In this document: piece after piece, positions 27,428-35,297 of the stretch
Layout of the letters: each line of letters begins with the position of its first letter
Numbering within the stretch: position 1 is the stretch's first letter
IMG/VR virus record: IMGVR_UViG_3300032097_000029
Span: 1 to 43,800 of that record
Length of the DNA stretch: 43,800 nucleotides
From: a virus
Lineage: Duplodnaviria; Caudoviricetes
Reading direction: 5' to 3' (one strand)
Made by a program: the position numbers and the translations under genes
Notes under the pieces: model-generated
Database searches by the model: none
The model's input: only the letters and a program-made list of their open reading frames with translations
Told to the model about the DNA's origin: nothing

Positions 27428-27973
27428 CTATGTCTGGATGTCGTCCTGGGCGTCCGGCGGGTTGGTGTAGTCCTCGTCTTCGGCCCACGTCTGGTGGTGC
27501 TCCGGCGTGAACGGCGGGATGTCCATGTCCACGTGCACCAAGTTGAGGTCGGCCAGCACCTTGAGGCTGTCGGGCGTGAGCTCGACGGGGCCGAAGTCGA
27601 GATCCACGGCCACCCAGCCATACGGGTGATCGATCTGCATGCTCTGCTTCCAGCGCACGGGGCGGACCTGCACGCCCTTGACCCGCTCGCAGAAGTCGCG
27701 CATCTCGTCGATCATCGCGAGCTCGGCCTCCTCGATCTCCTCGCCGGTGGCCTTCTCGCCCAGCTGGATCTGCCCGACGAGCACGGCGCCGAAGTGCTCC
27801 GCGTAGCGCTCGATCTGGGCCTGCCCCTCGCAGAGCAGCGTCCAGACGCCGGCCTCGAGGTCGGAATGCTTGCGGCGGGCGAACTCCTGGTAGGAGCGAG
27901 TTACTACCCGGCCCGGTACCTGGGCGGCCATGGTGTCCGCGAGGATCTTGAGGAAGACGCCGATGGTGCTCAC
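27428..27973 (-). CDS. Putative tail terminator / neck protein
   Basis: 181 aa between the gp10-like gene and gp38; call by synteny only. Confidence 0.55.
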   Translation of the reverse strand: MSTIGVFLKILADTMAAQVPGRVVTRSYQEFARRKHSDLEAGVWTLLCEGQAQIERYAEHFGAVLVGQIQLGEKATGEEIEEAELAMIDEMRDFCERVKGVQVRPVRWKQSMQIDHPYGWVAVDLDFGPVELTPDSLKVLADLNLVHVDMDIPPFTPEHHQTWAEDEDYTNPPDAQDDIQT

Positions 27974-28467
27974 AGGCCCACCTCCTTGATGCCGTCACGC
28001 ACGCCGGCGCGTACTAGCTCGGTGAGGCGGTCGCGCTTGGCGTCGAGTGCCGGACGCATGTAGGGCTGCGCCGGCGTGCCGTGTTGCTGGATGCTGCGGG
28101 CGATGACGAACGCGAGATCCCGCTCGTCCATGGCCTCGTCGTAGGGCGAGATCCGGCGGGTGCGGATCCAGTCGATCAGCGGTTCGATCGGCGGCATCGG
28201 GCCGCCCGGCTCGCGGCCGAGCTCCATCACGTCACCATGGCGAACCGTCGGGCCGACCTCGATGGTCATGGGGCCGGTGAAGCGGTGGCCGATGGAGTTG
28301 GTGAGCGTGCTCTCGGCCTTGGGTGCGCGGCGGCGGCCCTCCCGGGCGATCTCGATGGCACCGCGCTCCAGCTCGCGCACCGCCCGGCGACGGACGGCAG
28401 CCGGCGAGCGTTCAACGGCTCGGCGCGCCTGCCGGTCACGGATCTCGAAGTTCAGCCGCATCGTCAT
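27970..28467 (-). CDS. HK97 gp10-like head-tail joining protein
   Basis: RRRAPKAESTLTNSI, GTPAQPYMRPAL; ATGA-coupled. Confidence 0.75.
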   Translation of the reverse strand: MTMRLNFEIRDRQARRAVERSPAAVRRRAVRELERGAIEIAREGRRRAPKAESTLTNSIGHRFTGPMTIEVGPTVRHGDVMELGREPGGPMPPIEPLIDWIRTRRISPYDEAMDERDLAFVIARSIQQHGTPAQPYMRPALDAKRDRLTELVRAGVRDGIKEVGL

Positions 28468-29069
28468 GCCCGTCTCCCGAATTCGTCCATCAGTTGCTGG
28501 TAGAGCGCCGCCGGGGTGCCGTTCTTCGGCCCCTGGGTGACGCCGTCGCGCATCTGCACCGGCTTGCCGATGTTGCGCAGGCTCATTTCCTTCATGGCCT
28601 CGGCCTGGGCGCGCAGGATCAGCAGGCCACGATCGGCGGCGCGGATGGTGGTGTCGCCGGCCGTTTCCGAGATCACGTGCTGCGCCACGTAGGTGACCGG
28701 GCAGGCGGCGCCGTAGCGTGTGACCTGGGCGACGGTCGGGGCCGGGCGGAAGACCACCCACGGCTGGCTGCCGTCGTGCTCGGCGGACAGGCGCGGGCGG
28801 CGGCCGGTATAGGCCGGGTCCCACGGCTTGGTGTCCGGGGTGGCCCAGCTCGACGAGTGAACGCGGACGAGATCCGCCGGGGCGGCATAACGATCGGTGC
28901 CGGCCTCGACGGTCAGGGAGGTGCGAACCAGCCGGGGGCGCACGTCCGTGAGCGCCTCGGCGGCGACGTCGACGAAGCGGTCGAAGTCGGCCGGGTCGAA
29001 GACGTTGGCCGCGTCCTGCAGGGAGGCGGTCAGGTCGGTGGTCAGGCTGGTGCGGCTCATGTCGCTCAT
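28464..29069 (-). CDS. Putative head-tail adaptor
   Basis: 201 aa, position after the head/lysis genes; overlap-coupled. Confidence 0.55.
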   Translation of the reverse strand: MSDMSRTSLTTDLTASLQDAANVFDPADFDRFVDVAAEALTDVRPRLVRTSLTVEAGTDRYAAPADLVRVHSSSWATPDTKPWDPAYTGRRPRLSAEHDGSQPWVVFRPAPTVAQVTRYGAACPVTYVAQHVISETAGDTTIRAADRGLLILRAQAEAMKEMSLRNIGKPVQMRDGVTQGPKNGTPAALYQQLMDEFGRRA

Positions 29070-29422
29070 GTCGTCAGCATCCAGACGGAAACGCCCACGA
29101 GCGTGCTGCTCGCGACGCTCATTACCCCGCCGATCACGGCGACAACGGCCCAGCGGGAGATGCCCCAGCGCAGGGCGTCGGCGGCGGCATGGCTCTGGTG
29201 GAACTGCTCGAGGGAACGGATGCGGCGCTCGTGGTCGTCCAGCTCCTCGCCCATGCGGCCCTGGCCAGACCGGATGGCCTTCATGTCGGTGTCCACGCGC
29301 ACCAGGTCGCGGAAAGCTCTAACCAGGTCCTTCACGTCGGCGCGAATGCCGGCGACCTCGTTGCGGACGCTCTCCACTCGCTCCTCGAGGGCGCGGACAA
29401 TGCCGTCTTCACTGCTGCTCAT
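29066..29422 (-). CDS. Coiled-coil protein with C-terminal TM segment
   Basis: LDDHERRIRSLE followed by a hydrophobic helix; common next to phage lysis genes. Confidence 0.65.
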   Translation of the reverse strand: MSSSEDGIVRALEERVESVRNEVAGIRADVKDLVRAFRDLVRVDTDMKAIRSGQGRMGEELDDHERRIRSLEQFHQSHAAADALRWGISRWAVVAVIGGVMSVASSTLVGVSVWMLTT

Positions 29423-29945
29423 CGTGTTCCCCGTGCCAGTCGATCAGTCGGTTGAAGCGGGCGGCGAGGGTGGCGTATCGCGCGGCCCAGCCGATGCAGT
29501 GTCCCCAGACGGCCGGTTCGGCAAGGTCGGCAGGGGCTCGGGCCTCGTCAGGAGTGAGCCGGGGGGCTGGGGGCAGTTCATCACCACCGGGGCCGGCTCG
29601 GGCGGCATCGTTGAGCAGCCGGACAGCACCGCGAGTAGGGCGGCACTCAGCACGATCCGGAGCCTCGGCGGCGGCGCGTTCTTGGAGATCCCCATAGTCG
29701 TCCTCGATCTGTTGCTGCTGTTTCGCCCAGGCGATGGCAATGGCCTGGTTCTCTGCCTGCCACTCGGCCTGCTGGTCGAGTGCCCGTTTGAGCCCATCGA
29801 CGTGCTGCTGGGCCAGCCGGGCCCGCTCCTCGTTCCAGTCGGCGCGGGTGGCGTTCTCGCCGGCCGACTGCCCGAGGCTGTAGGCCGCCCAGAGCAGGAC
29901 GACCATCGCCGCGAGGATGCCGACGCCTAGCAGCGCGCGCTTCAC
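29409..29945 (-). CDS. i-spanin (Rz-like)
   Basis: GTG start overlapping the endolysin stop; N-terminal TM then coiled coil. Confidence 0.8.
   Translation of the reverse strand: MKRALLGVGILAAMVVLLWAAYSLGQSAGENATRADWNEERARLAQQHVDGLKRALDQQAEWQAENQAIAIAWAKQQQQIEDDYGDLQERAAAEAPDRAECRPTRGAVRLLNDAARAGPGGDELPPAPRLTPDEARAPADLAEPAVWGHCIGWAARYATLAARFNRLIDWHGEHDEQQ
29444..29695 (-). CDS. o-spanin lipoprotein (Rz1-like), embedded in the i-spanin gene
   Basis: IVLSAALLAVLSGC lipobox followed by a Pro-rich mature part, in another frame. Confidence 0.75.
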   Translation of the reverse strand: MGISKNAPPPRLRIVLSAALLAVLSGCSTMPPEPAPVVMNCPQPPGSLLTRPEPLPTLPNRPSGDTASAGPRDTPPSPPASTD

Positions 29946-30508
29946 GGCCCCACCACCATCTGCGTCCAGTAGCCCCAGATCCGCCGCACGTAGGTGGTGG
30001 TCTCCTTGGCGTGGTGCCCGGTCACGCCCGGCAGGCACTTGATGACCAGCCGGTACCGGTTGGCGCCGTCACAGCGGCGCTGGGCCTGCAGGATGTTGCC
30101 GGCGCCGGCGTTGTAGCTGGCCGCCGCCAGGCTGTAGCGGTCGGCGGCCGGTCGGGGTGCGCTCCAGAAGGCGATCTGCTTGCCCTGGTAGTACGCGCCG
30201 GCGAGGATCGCCGGGCGGGCCATCAGCGGGGAGACGTGCCCGAGGTCGAGCTCGCGCGCCACGTCCTGCCAGGTGCCCGGCATGAACTGGGCGACGCCCT
30301 GCGCCCCGACCGGGGAGACGGCCGACGGGTCCAGCCGGCTTTCCTGGAACAGCTGCGCTTTCCACAGCCGCCAGTCGTAGCCGGGCAGGTACTGCTCGGC
30401 CGCCTGCTGGATCGTCGGGTCGTACCGGTCAGGAAAAGAGGATTCCGACCAGCAGGCAGACGCCCAGAAAACGCAGACCGTGATAAAGGGCAAGGCCCAG
30501 CGGGTCAT
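29942..30508 (-). CDS. Endolysin, lytic transglycosylase (SLT) with N-terminal signal/SAR segment
   Basis: QESRLDPSAVSPVGAQGVAQFMP, ASYNAG, ETTTYV. Confidence 0.9.
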   Translation of the reverse strand: MTRWALPFITVCVFWASACWSESSFPDRYDPTIQQAAEQYLPGYDWRLWKAQLFQESRLDPSAVSPVGAQGVAQFMPGTWQDVARELDLGHVSPLMARPAILAGAYYQGKQIAFWSAPRPAADRYSLAAASYNAGAGNILQAQRRCDGANRYRLVIKCLPGVTGHHAKETTTYVRRIWGYWTQMVVGP

Positions 30509-30647
30509 GGCGCAGCACCTCAATCGCTTCGCGGAAAGAGTGCCCCGCTCGGCGATCAAGCCAGCGGAGCGTGAAAACAGCGCCGATGACGGCCGCGAGG
30601 GCCATCACCAGCGTGAACAGGGTCGAGGTGAAGAGCACTTCACTCAT
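30429..30647 (-). CDS. Putative holin (2 TM)
   Basis: 72 aa, two hydrophobic helices, directly upstream of and overlapping the endolysin. Confidence 0.7.
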   Translation of the reverse strand: MSEVLFTSTLFTLVMALAAVIGAVFTLRWLDRRAGHSFREAIEVLRHDPLGLALYHGLRFLGVCLLVGILFS

Positions 30648-31080
30648 CGCGGCCTGCCTCGTCGTTGGCCGGCTTCTCGCCGTCCGTCTGGGTCTCGCCA
30701 CCGGCCGGCTGATCGGTAGCCGACGACTCGTCGCCGTCCTCGCCGTTCAGCTGGTTGGCCGCGCGGGTCATCATCGTCTGCTGAATCGCGGAGACGAGGC
30801 TGGTGCGCTTCTTGCCGTCCTTCTCGAGCTGCTCCAGCTCGGCCAGTTGCTCGTCGTTGAGGCTGTCCAGCTCGGCGGTGATGTCCTTCACGGACTTGTC
30901 GAGCAGCGCACCGAGACCGGTAGCCTCCGTCAGATCCGCGTCGAGGTCGTTGAAGTCCACCGGCTTGCGCGGCCGGTTGAGCAGGGTTTCGTCCACGGGG
31001 CGGGTCTCGCCCGGGGCGATCGACTTGTTGCCGATGTGGACGATCTTGTCCGAATCGTTGTGGTAGGGAATCTGGGCCAT
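30640..31080 (-). CDS. Acidic protein following the capsid gene
   Basis: GAGGAG RBS; LLDKSVKDI...LEQLEKDGKKRTSLVSAI motif. Confidence 0.75.
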   Translation of the reverse strand: MAQIPYHNDSDKIVHIGNKSIAPGETRPVDETLLNRPRKPVDFNDLDADLTEATGLGALLDKSVKDITAELDSLNDEQLAELEQLEKDGKKRTSLVSAIQQTMMTRAANQLNGEDGDESSATDQPAGGETQTDGEKPANDEAGRDE

Positions 31081-31119
31081 GGTTTGCTCCTCTCGGTTAA
31101 TGCCCCTGGTGAAATCCAA

Positions 31120-31139
31120 GGGCGGCCATCAGGCCGCCC
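31120..31139 (-). terminator. Hairpin after the capsid gene
   Basis: GGGCGGCC-N4-GGCCGCCC followed on the minus strand by a weak U-rich tract (TTGGATTT). Confidence 0.55.
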
Positions 31140-31146
31140 GTCTGGA

Positions 31147-33711
31147 TCAGCGGTTGCTGGCCGAGTAGGCGATCACCGAGGTGAGGCGCTCCCGAATCGG
31201 GGCCGGGGTGTGGATGGCGCTGTACTCCTCGCCGTAGGCCACCTTCTGGCCGGTCGGGCGGCCGGAGGAGTCGACCGCTTCGAACGGCTGGCCGGTGGTG
31301 AACGGCTTGGCCACCGTGTAGGAGGTGGTGCCGCGCACGCCCATGACGATCCGCTCGTCGCCGAGGTCGATGCCCGGGGCGTTGGTGCCGAAGGCCGGCA
31401 GGCCCTTGACCATCTCCAGATCGCCCATGCCGTCCGTGTCGGTGCCGGAACGCTTGCGCTCGGCCGCGAACTGCTCGGCGTTGGTGATGGTGTCGTTGAG
31501 CACCGGGCTCATCAGGAGGAAGTCCGGGTTGACCATCCGGTCACCGGAGAGCACCGCCTTGCGGGCGCCGATCTTGCGCAGCAGGCCGTTGAGGTGCACG
31601 TCGATGTCGGTGGTGCCGTTGTCCATGTCGAACTTCACCACGTTGGTGGCGTAGCTGTAGGACACGGTGGCCGCGGTGGCGGTGGGCGTGACCGGGCTGC
31701 CGGTCTCGTCGACCAGCTGGATATAGCCCAGGTTGTAGTTGGTCACCCGGTAGTAGGTGCCGGCGGACTGGTTTCCGGTGCCGTCGTAGCGCGGGGCCGG
31801 CGTGCCGTCGACCGTGACGGTGATCGGGTTGGACTCGCTGCCGACCGCGTTGCCCTGCATGTCGTACTGCTGGTGCGGGCGGACGATCGGGAACTCGGCC
31901 GTCTTGATGATGCTGGTCGAGCCGCCAAGCTGACCGCCCACGGCCTCGTCGGCCACGTCCTGTGCCAGGTAGGTGTCCGAGGCGCGCTGCATCTCGTTGG
32001 CGATGGCGCGGTGTACCAGCTCGCGCATCACGCGGGCATTGGACTCGACGTTGCGGCCGTAGGCGTCCCAGTTGATGCGGCTGGCGCGGGCGAAGTGCAT
32101 CACCTCGTTGGAGATACGCATGGCCAGCTTGCGCGGCAGGACGTAGGCCAGGTCCATCTTCTGCGCGATCGACGCGCCCGGAATGCCCTGACCCTCGAAG
32201 ACCACGCCGTCGTTGGTTACCGAGGAGGTGTCGCGCTCTTCGTACGGCACCTGGGTGGTGGCCTGGGCCTGCGGGTCGGTGAGGGTCTGCACCAGCTGCA
32301 GGATGTTGAGATCCGAGAGGGCCTCGCGGATCACGGTGCGGGTGAAGCCCGCCGGGAAGCTGGTGTCACCGATGTTGGTCTCACCACCGGCCAGCAGGCG
32401 CTCTTCCAGCACCAGGCTGCGGTGGTTCATGCGGTCGTATTCGGCCAGTACGCGCTGGACGAAGGGCGAATCCTTCTCGGGGAGACGCAGGCGGCCGTTG
32501 GCGCCGGAGACCGAACCGCGCAGGCCGTTGTCGATCGACTCCTGCAGGCGCTTGACGCCGTTGATCTCGTCGGTGTTCACCGAGGGGCTGCCGGCAACGT
32601 GGTAACCCATGCCGGCCAGCTGGCTGGAGGTGGACATGCGGTTACCCAGGGCGATCTGCCGGTCGGCCAGCTTCTTGACCTGTGCCTCGGACATCTCCGG
32701 GGTGATCAGGTCCTCGGCCTCGCGAAGGACCTTCTTGGTGTCCTCGTCGATACCCTCGGCGCCGTCGATCGCCTCGTTGAACGTCTTGACGCGGGCGGCC
32801 TTGGTTTCGGTCAGCTGCTTGGATTCCTTCTCCGCCTGCGCCTGACGGTCGGCGAGGATGCGCTCGACGTCGTCCTCGGTCAGCTGCTTGCCGGATTCGC
32901 CGGACTCGCCCAGCTGGATATTGAGGGTGGCCGGCTTGTCGCCGATCTCCTCGGCGAGTTGCTTGCCGAGATCCTCGAACCGGGCGGCGGCGGCCGCAAG
33001 GGCCTTCTCGTCCTCGCCCAGTTGCTTCATGTTCGCCTCGGCGGACGCGAGGATCTGCTCGATCACGCCCTCGGAGAGCTTCTTGGCCACGAGCTTGGCG
33101 CGCAGTTTCTTCAGATGTTCTTTCATGACTGTCTCAGCCTCTTCAGTCAGGATGCGGGCCGCTCGGCCGCACAGGATGGTCGGGGTGTCGGTTTCCGCGA
33201 GCTGGATGGGGTCCAGCCGCTTGATGGCCGGGCGAACCACGAGGCCAGCGCCTCGCAGCAGCGGCCCGTGTGAGTCGCCGGTCTCGTTGTCGACGAAGTT
33301 CTCCACGTAATCCGCGGAGAGGTACCGGAATCCGCGCCGCTTGATCGCCTCGACGCCGTAGTCGGTCAGCTCGATCTCGCCGCGCAGCTTGTTCCCGTCC
33401 AGGAACAGGCGGCGGAAGTAGCCGGCGGCGCCTTCGTTGGGCTCGTGAGCGATGTCCAGCGCGATCTCCTGCCCGTAGGTGCCGGCATCGAAGTTCTTGA
33501 TGAACGTCTCGAGCAGCTCGCGGGATACCTCGAAGGTGCCGTAGCGGGGATCGGTGAACGTGCCGGCGCGGATGATGGTCGCGGTGATCCGCTTGCCCTC
33601 GGCGAGTTGCCGCGCATCCACGCGGTCCGAGATGAAGCGGGGAGTGTCCGACCCGGTACCGCTTCCACGGTGGCCGGGGGCGGAAAGCTGGATGCGGCGG
33701 TTTCCGAGCAT
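31147..33711 (-). CDS. Fused prohead protease-scaffold-major capsid polyprotein (854 aa)
   Basis: N-terminal Mu gpI-like protease motifs (LDIAH, AAGYF, FRYLSADY, GAGLVVRPAIK), charged helical middle, ~450-aa C-terminal region; no other capsid candidate in the prophage. Confidence 0.8.
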   Translation of the reverse strand: MLGNRRIQLSAPGHRGSGTGSDTPRFISDRVDARQLAEGKRITATIIRAGTFTDPRYGTFEVSRELLETFIKNFDAGTYGQEIALDIAHEPNEGAAGYFRRLFLDGNKLRGEIELTDYGVEAIKRRGFRYLSADYVENFVDNETGDSHGPLLRGAGLVVRPAIKRLDPIQLAETDTPTILCGRAARILTEEAETVMKEHLKKLRAKLVAKKLSEGVIEQILASAEANMKQLGEDEKALAAAAARFEDLGKQLAEEIGDKPATLNIQLGESGESGKQLTEDDVERILADRQAQAEKESKQLTETKAARVKTFNEAIDGAEGIDEDTKKVLREAEDLITPEMSEAQVKKLADRQIALGNRMSTSSQLAGMGYHVAGSPSVNTDEINGVKRLQESIDNGLRGSVSGANGRLRLPEKDSPFVQRVLAEYDRMNHRSLVLEERLLAGGETNIGDTSFPAGFTRTVIREALSDLNILQLVQTLTDPQAQATTQVPYEERDTSSVTNDGVVFEGQGIPGASIAQKMDLAYVLPRKLAMRISNEVMHFARASRINWDAYGRNVESNARVMRELVHRAIANEMQRASDTYLAQDVADEAVGGQLGGSTSIIKTAEFPIVRPHQQYDMQGNAVGSESNPITVTVDGTPAPRYDGTGNQSAGTYYRVTNYNLGYIQLVDETGSPVTPTATAATVSYSYATNVVKFDMDNGTTDIDVHLNGLLRKIGARKAVLSGDRMVNPDFLLMSPVLNDTITNAEQFAAERKRSGTDTDGMGDLEMVKGLPAFGTNAPGIDLGDERIVMGVRGTTSYTVAKPFTTGQPFEAVDSSGRPTGQKVAYGEEYSAIHTPAPIRERLTSVIAYSASNR

Positions 33712-33837
33712 GTTGGTCTCCAGAAACGCAAAAAGCCCGCGCACCCCGGGGCAGGGGTGGCGGGCTTCTCGCCGTGTGGCGTTATGCCTGAATTTGGTTA
33801 TCGGTACTCAGTTTAGTGCATTGTGCTGGCGAGTCAA
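33712..33837 (-). promoter_or_regulatory. Late promoter-leader-hairpin cassette, copy A
   Basis: TTGACT-16-TAAACT, then CGATAAC..ATTCAGGCATAACGC, hairpin 33730-33767 with U tract, TGCGTTT, GGAG, ATG. Confidence 0.75.
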
Positions 33838-33841
33838 CGGG

Positions 33842-34039
33842 TTATCTCCCGTTATCGCTGTAGGTGAGCGGCACGCGCACCCACGTCTTGCATCGGCACT
33901 TCGCCTCGGCCCCGCGCGGCAGCACGCGGAGCACCCGGCTCTTGATCACGATCCCGTCGAACAGCACCTGGTTGCACTGCGGGCACCGGACTTCCGGACG
34001 GATGGAGGGGATGGCTTGGCGTTCAGTCGTCGATTGCAT
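33842..34039 (-). CDS. Mu Com-like zinc-finger protein
   Basis: EVRCPQCNQVLF...AEAKCRCKTWV, 65 aa. Confidence 0.65.
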   Translation of the reverse strand: MQSTTERQAIPSIRPEVRCPQCNQVLFDGIVIKSRVLRVLPRGAEAKCRCKTWVRVPLTYSDNGR

Positions 34040-35084
34040 AGCGCTTTTTCAGGACCTTCCAGGGTGTGTTGATTTCGTTCTCGTTGAGCGTGCCGTCTCG
34101 CAGCAGTTGCGCCTTTCCCTTGCCCAGCACGGATTCCTGCACGTCGTCCGGCTGGTCTTTGAGCCAGGCGATCCGGTCGGTGGCGTCGGCATTTCCGACT
34201 TCATTGGAAAAGACCGGCTGCTCGAATGACATCGTGTTGGGGTGCGCCGGCCACGGGCTCTTGCCCTTGGGGTACACGCCCGGGCCCAGCCCGTAGCGGT
34301 CGACGCTGGCATGCATGTCGCACACGTCGGGTCTCGGGTGGTTCGGGGAGAGCAGGAATCGGGTGCCGATCACCTCCGGGTGCTCGAAGGCCGCGGCCTT
34401 GTAGGCCTCCCCGTGGGCGCGGTTGATCTCGGTGCGGAACAGGCGGCGGGCGTTGTCGTAGGGCGCGCCCTTGCCGGTCATCAGGGCGTCGCCGGCGAGC
34501 TTCTGCACGCGGCTGCCCTGGGCCATGTCCATCTTGCTGGCGATGTCTGCCGGTACCGCCTGGCCTCGGCCGAGGAAGTCCTGCGCGGCGCGGCTGGCCG
34601 AATCGCCCTGGATGACGGCCTGCTCGATCGCCTCGGTCACCGCCCGGTCGGCGTGCCGGTCCAGCCGCCAGATCCGGTCGGACAGTTGCAGGCCGTCCTC
34701 GGCGACGAAGTTGCGCACGAAATTGACCGCGTCCCCGGCTACCTGGCCAAGCGGGGTGGCGATCGCTGCACCGGCCGCCGCCCAGACGCCGGCACCGACG
34801 TTGGCCGCCTCGCCGAGCGAGTTGGTCAGCAGTTCGTCACGCCCGGCCTTGAGATCCCCGAGCCGGGCCCGCACCTGCCGGAGCAACGCCTGCAACGAGG
34901 AAAGCCGCACGGTGTCACCGCCGGCCACCGCATCGATGTCCGCCCGGATATGGTCGGCGGCACGCCGATAGGTCGATTCGAGGGCGGCGAGCGCCTCGGC
35001 ATCCATCGAGCGCATGCGCGTCTGCGCCTGTTTGGTGGCGCGCTTGATCGCCGCTTTGGTGGTAGTGCGGTCATTCGTGGTCAT
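34023..35084 (-). CDS. Head morphogenesis protein (Mu gpF / SPP1 gp7-like)
   Basis: LSDRIW, RRLFRTEINRAH, DVCD, PAHPN; follows the portal. Confidence 0.8.
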   Translation of the reverse strand: MTTNDRTTTKAAIKRATKQAQTRMRSMDAEALAALESTYRRAADHIRADIDAVAGGDTVRLSSLQALLRQVRARLGDLKAGRDELLTNSLGEAANVGAGVWAAAGAAIATPLGQVAGDAVNFVRNFVAEDGLQLSDRIWRLDRHADRAVTEAIEQAVIQGDSASRAAQDFLGRGQAVPADIASKMDMAQGSRVQKLAGDALMTGKGAPYDNARRLFRTEINRAHGEAYKAAAFEHPEVIGTRFLLSPNHPRPDVCDMHASVDRYGLGPGVYPKGKSPWPAHPNTMSFEQPVFSNEVGNADATDRIAWLKDQPDDVQESVLGKGKAQLLRDGTLNENEINTPWKVLKKRYAIDD

Positions 35085-35269
35085 CGCGCCTGTCTCTCCT
35101 CGAATATCTCGATCACCAGCCGCTCCACGTGCGGCCGGTCATGCAGCGGCACATCCCGCAAAGCATTCCGGCGAGCGGCGCGCCCATCCATGCGGGCGAT
35201 CCATTCGGCATACCGACGCCGGCGGTTGTCGATGGCATCGGGCATGCCCATGTGCCATTCCTCGGTCAT
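35081..35269 (-). CDS. Small hypothetical protein
   Basis: Fills the portal-gpF gap with an ATGA overlap; start uncertain. Confidence 0.5.
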   Translation of the reverse strand: MTEEWHMGMPDAIDNRRRRYAEWIARMDGRAARRNALRDVPLHDRPHVERLVIEIFEERQAR

Positions 35270-35297
35270 GCAGCCGCATCCATTCCGATCAGGCGCA

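Noticed and set aside
25639-27510. 623-aa + strand ORF
   Set aside because: Antisense shadow of the tail sheath and tube genes.
30571-33273. 900-aa + strand ORF
   Set aside because: Antisense shadow of the capsid polyprotein in high-GC DNA; no motifs.
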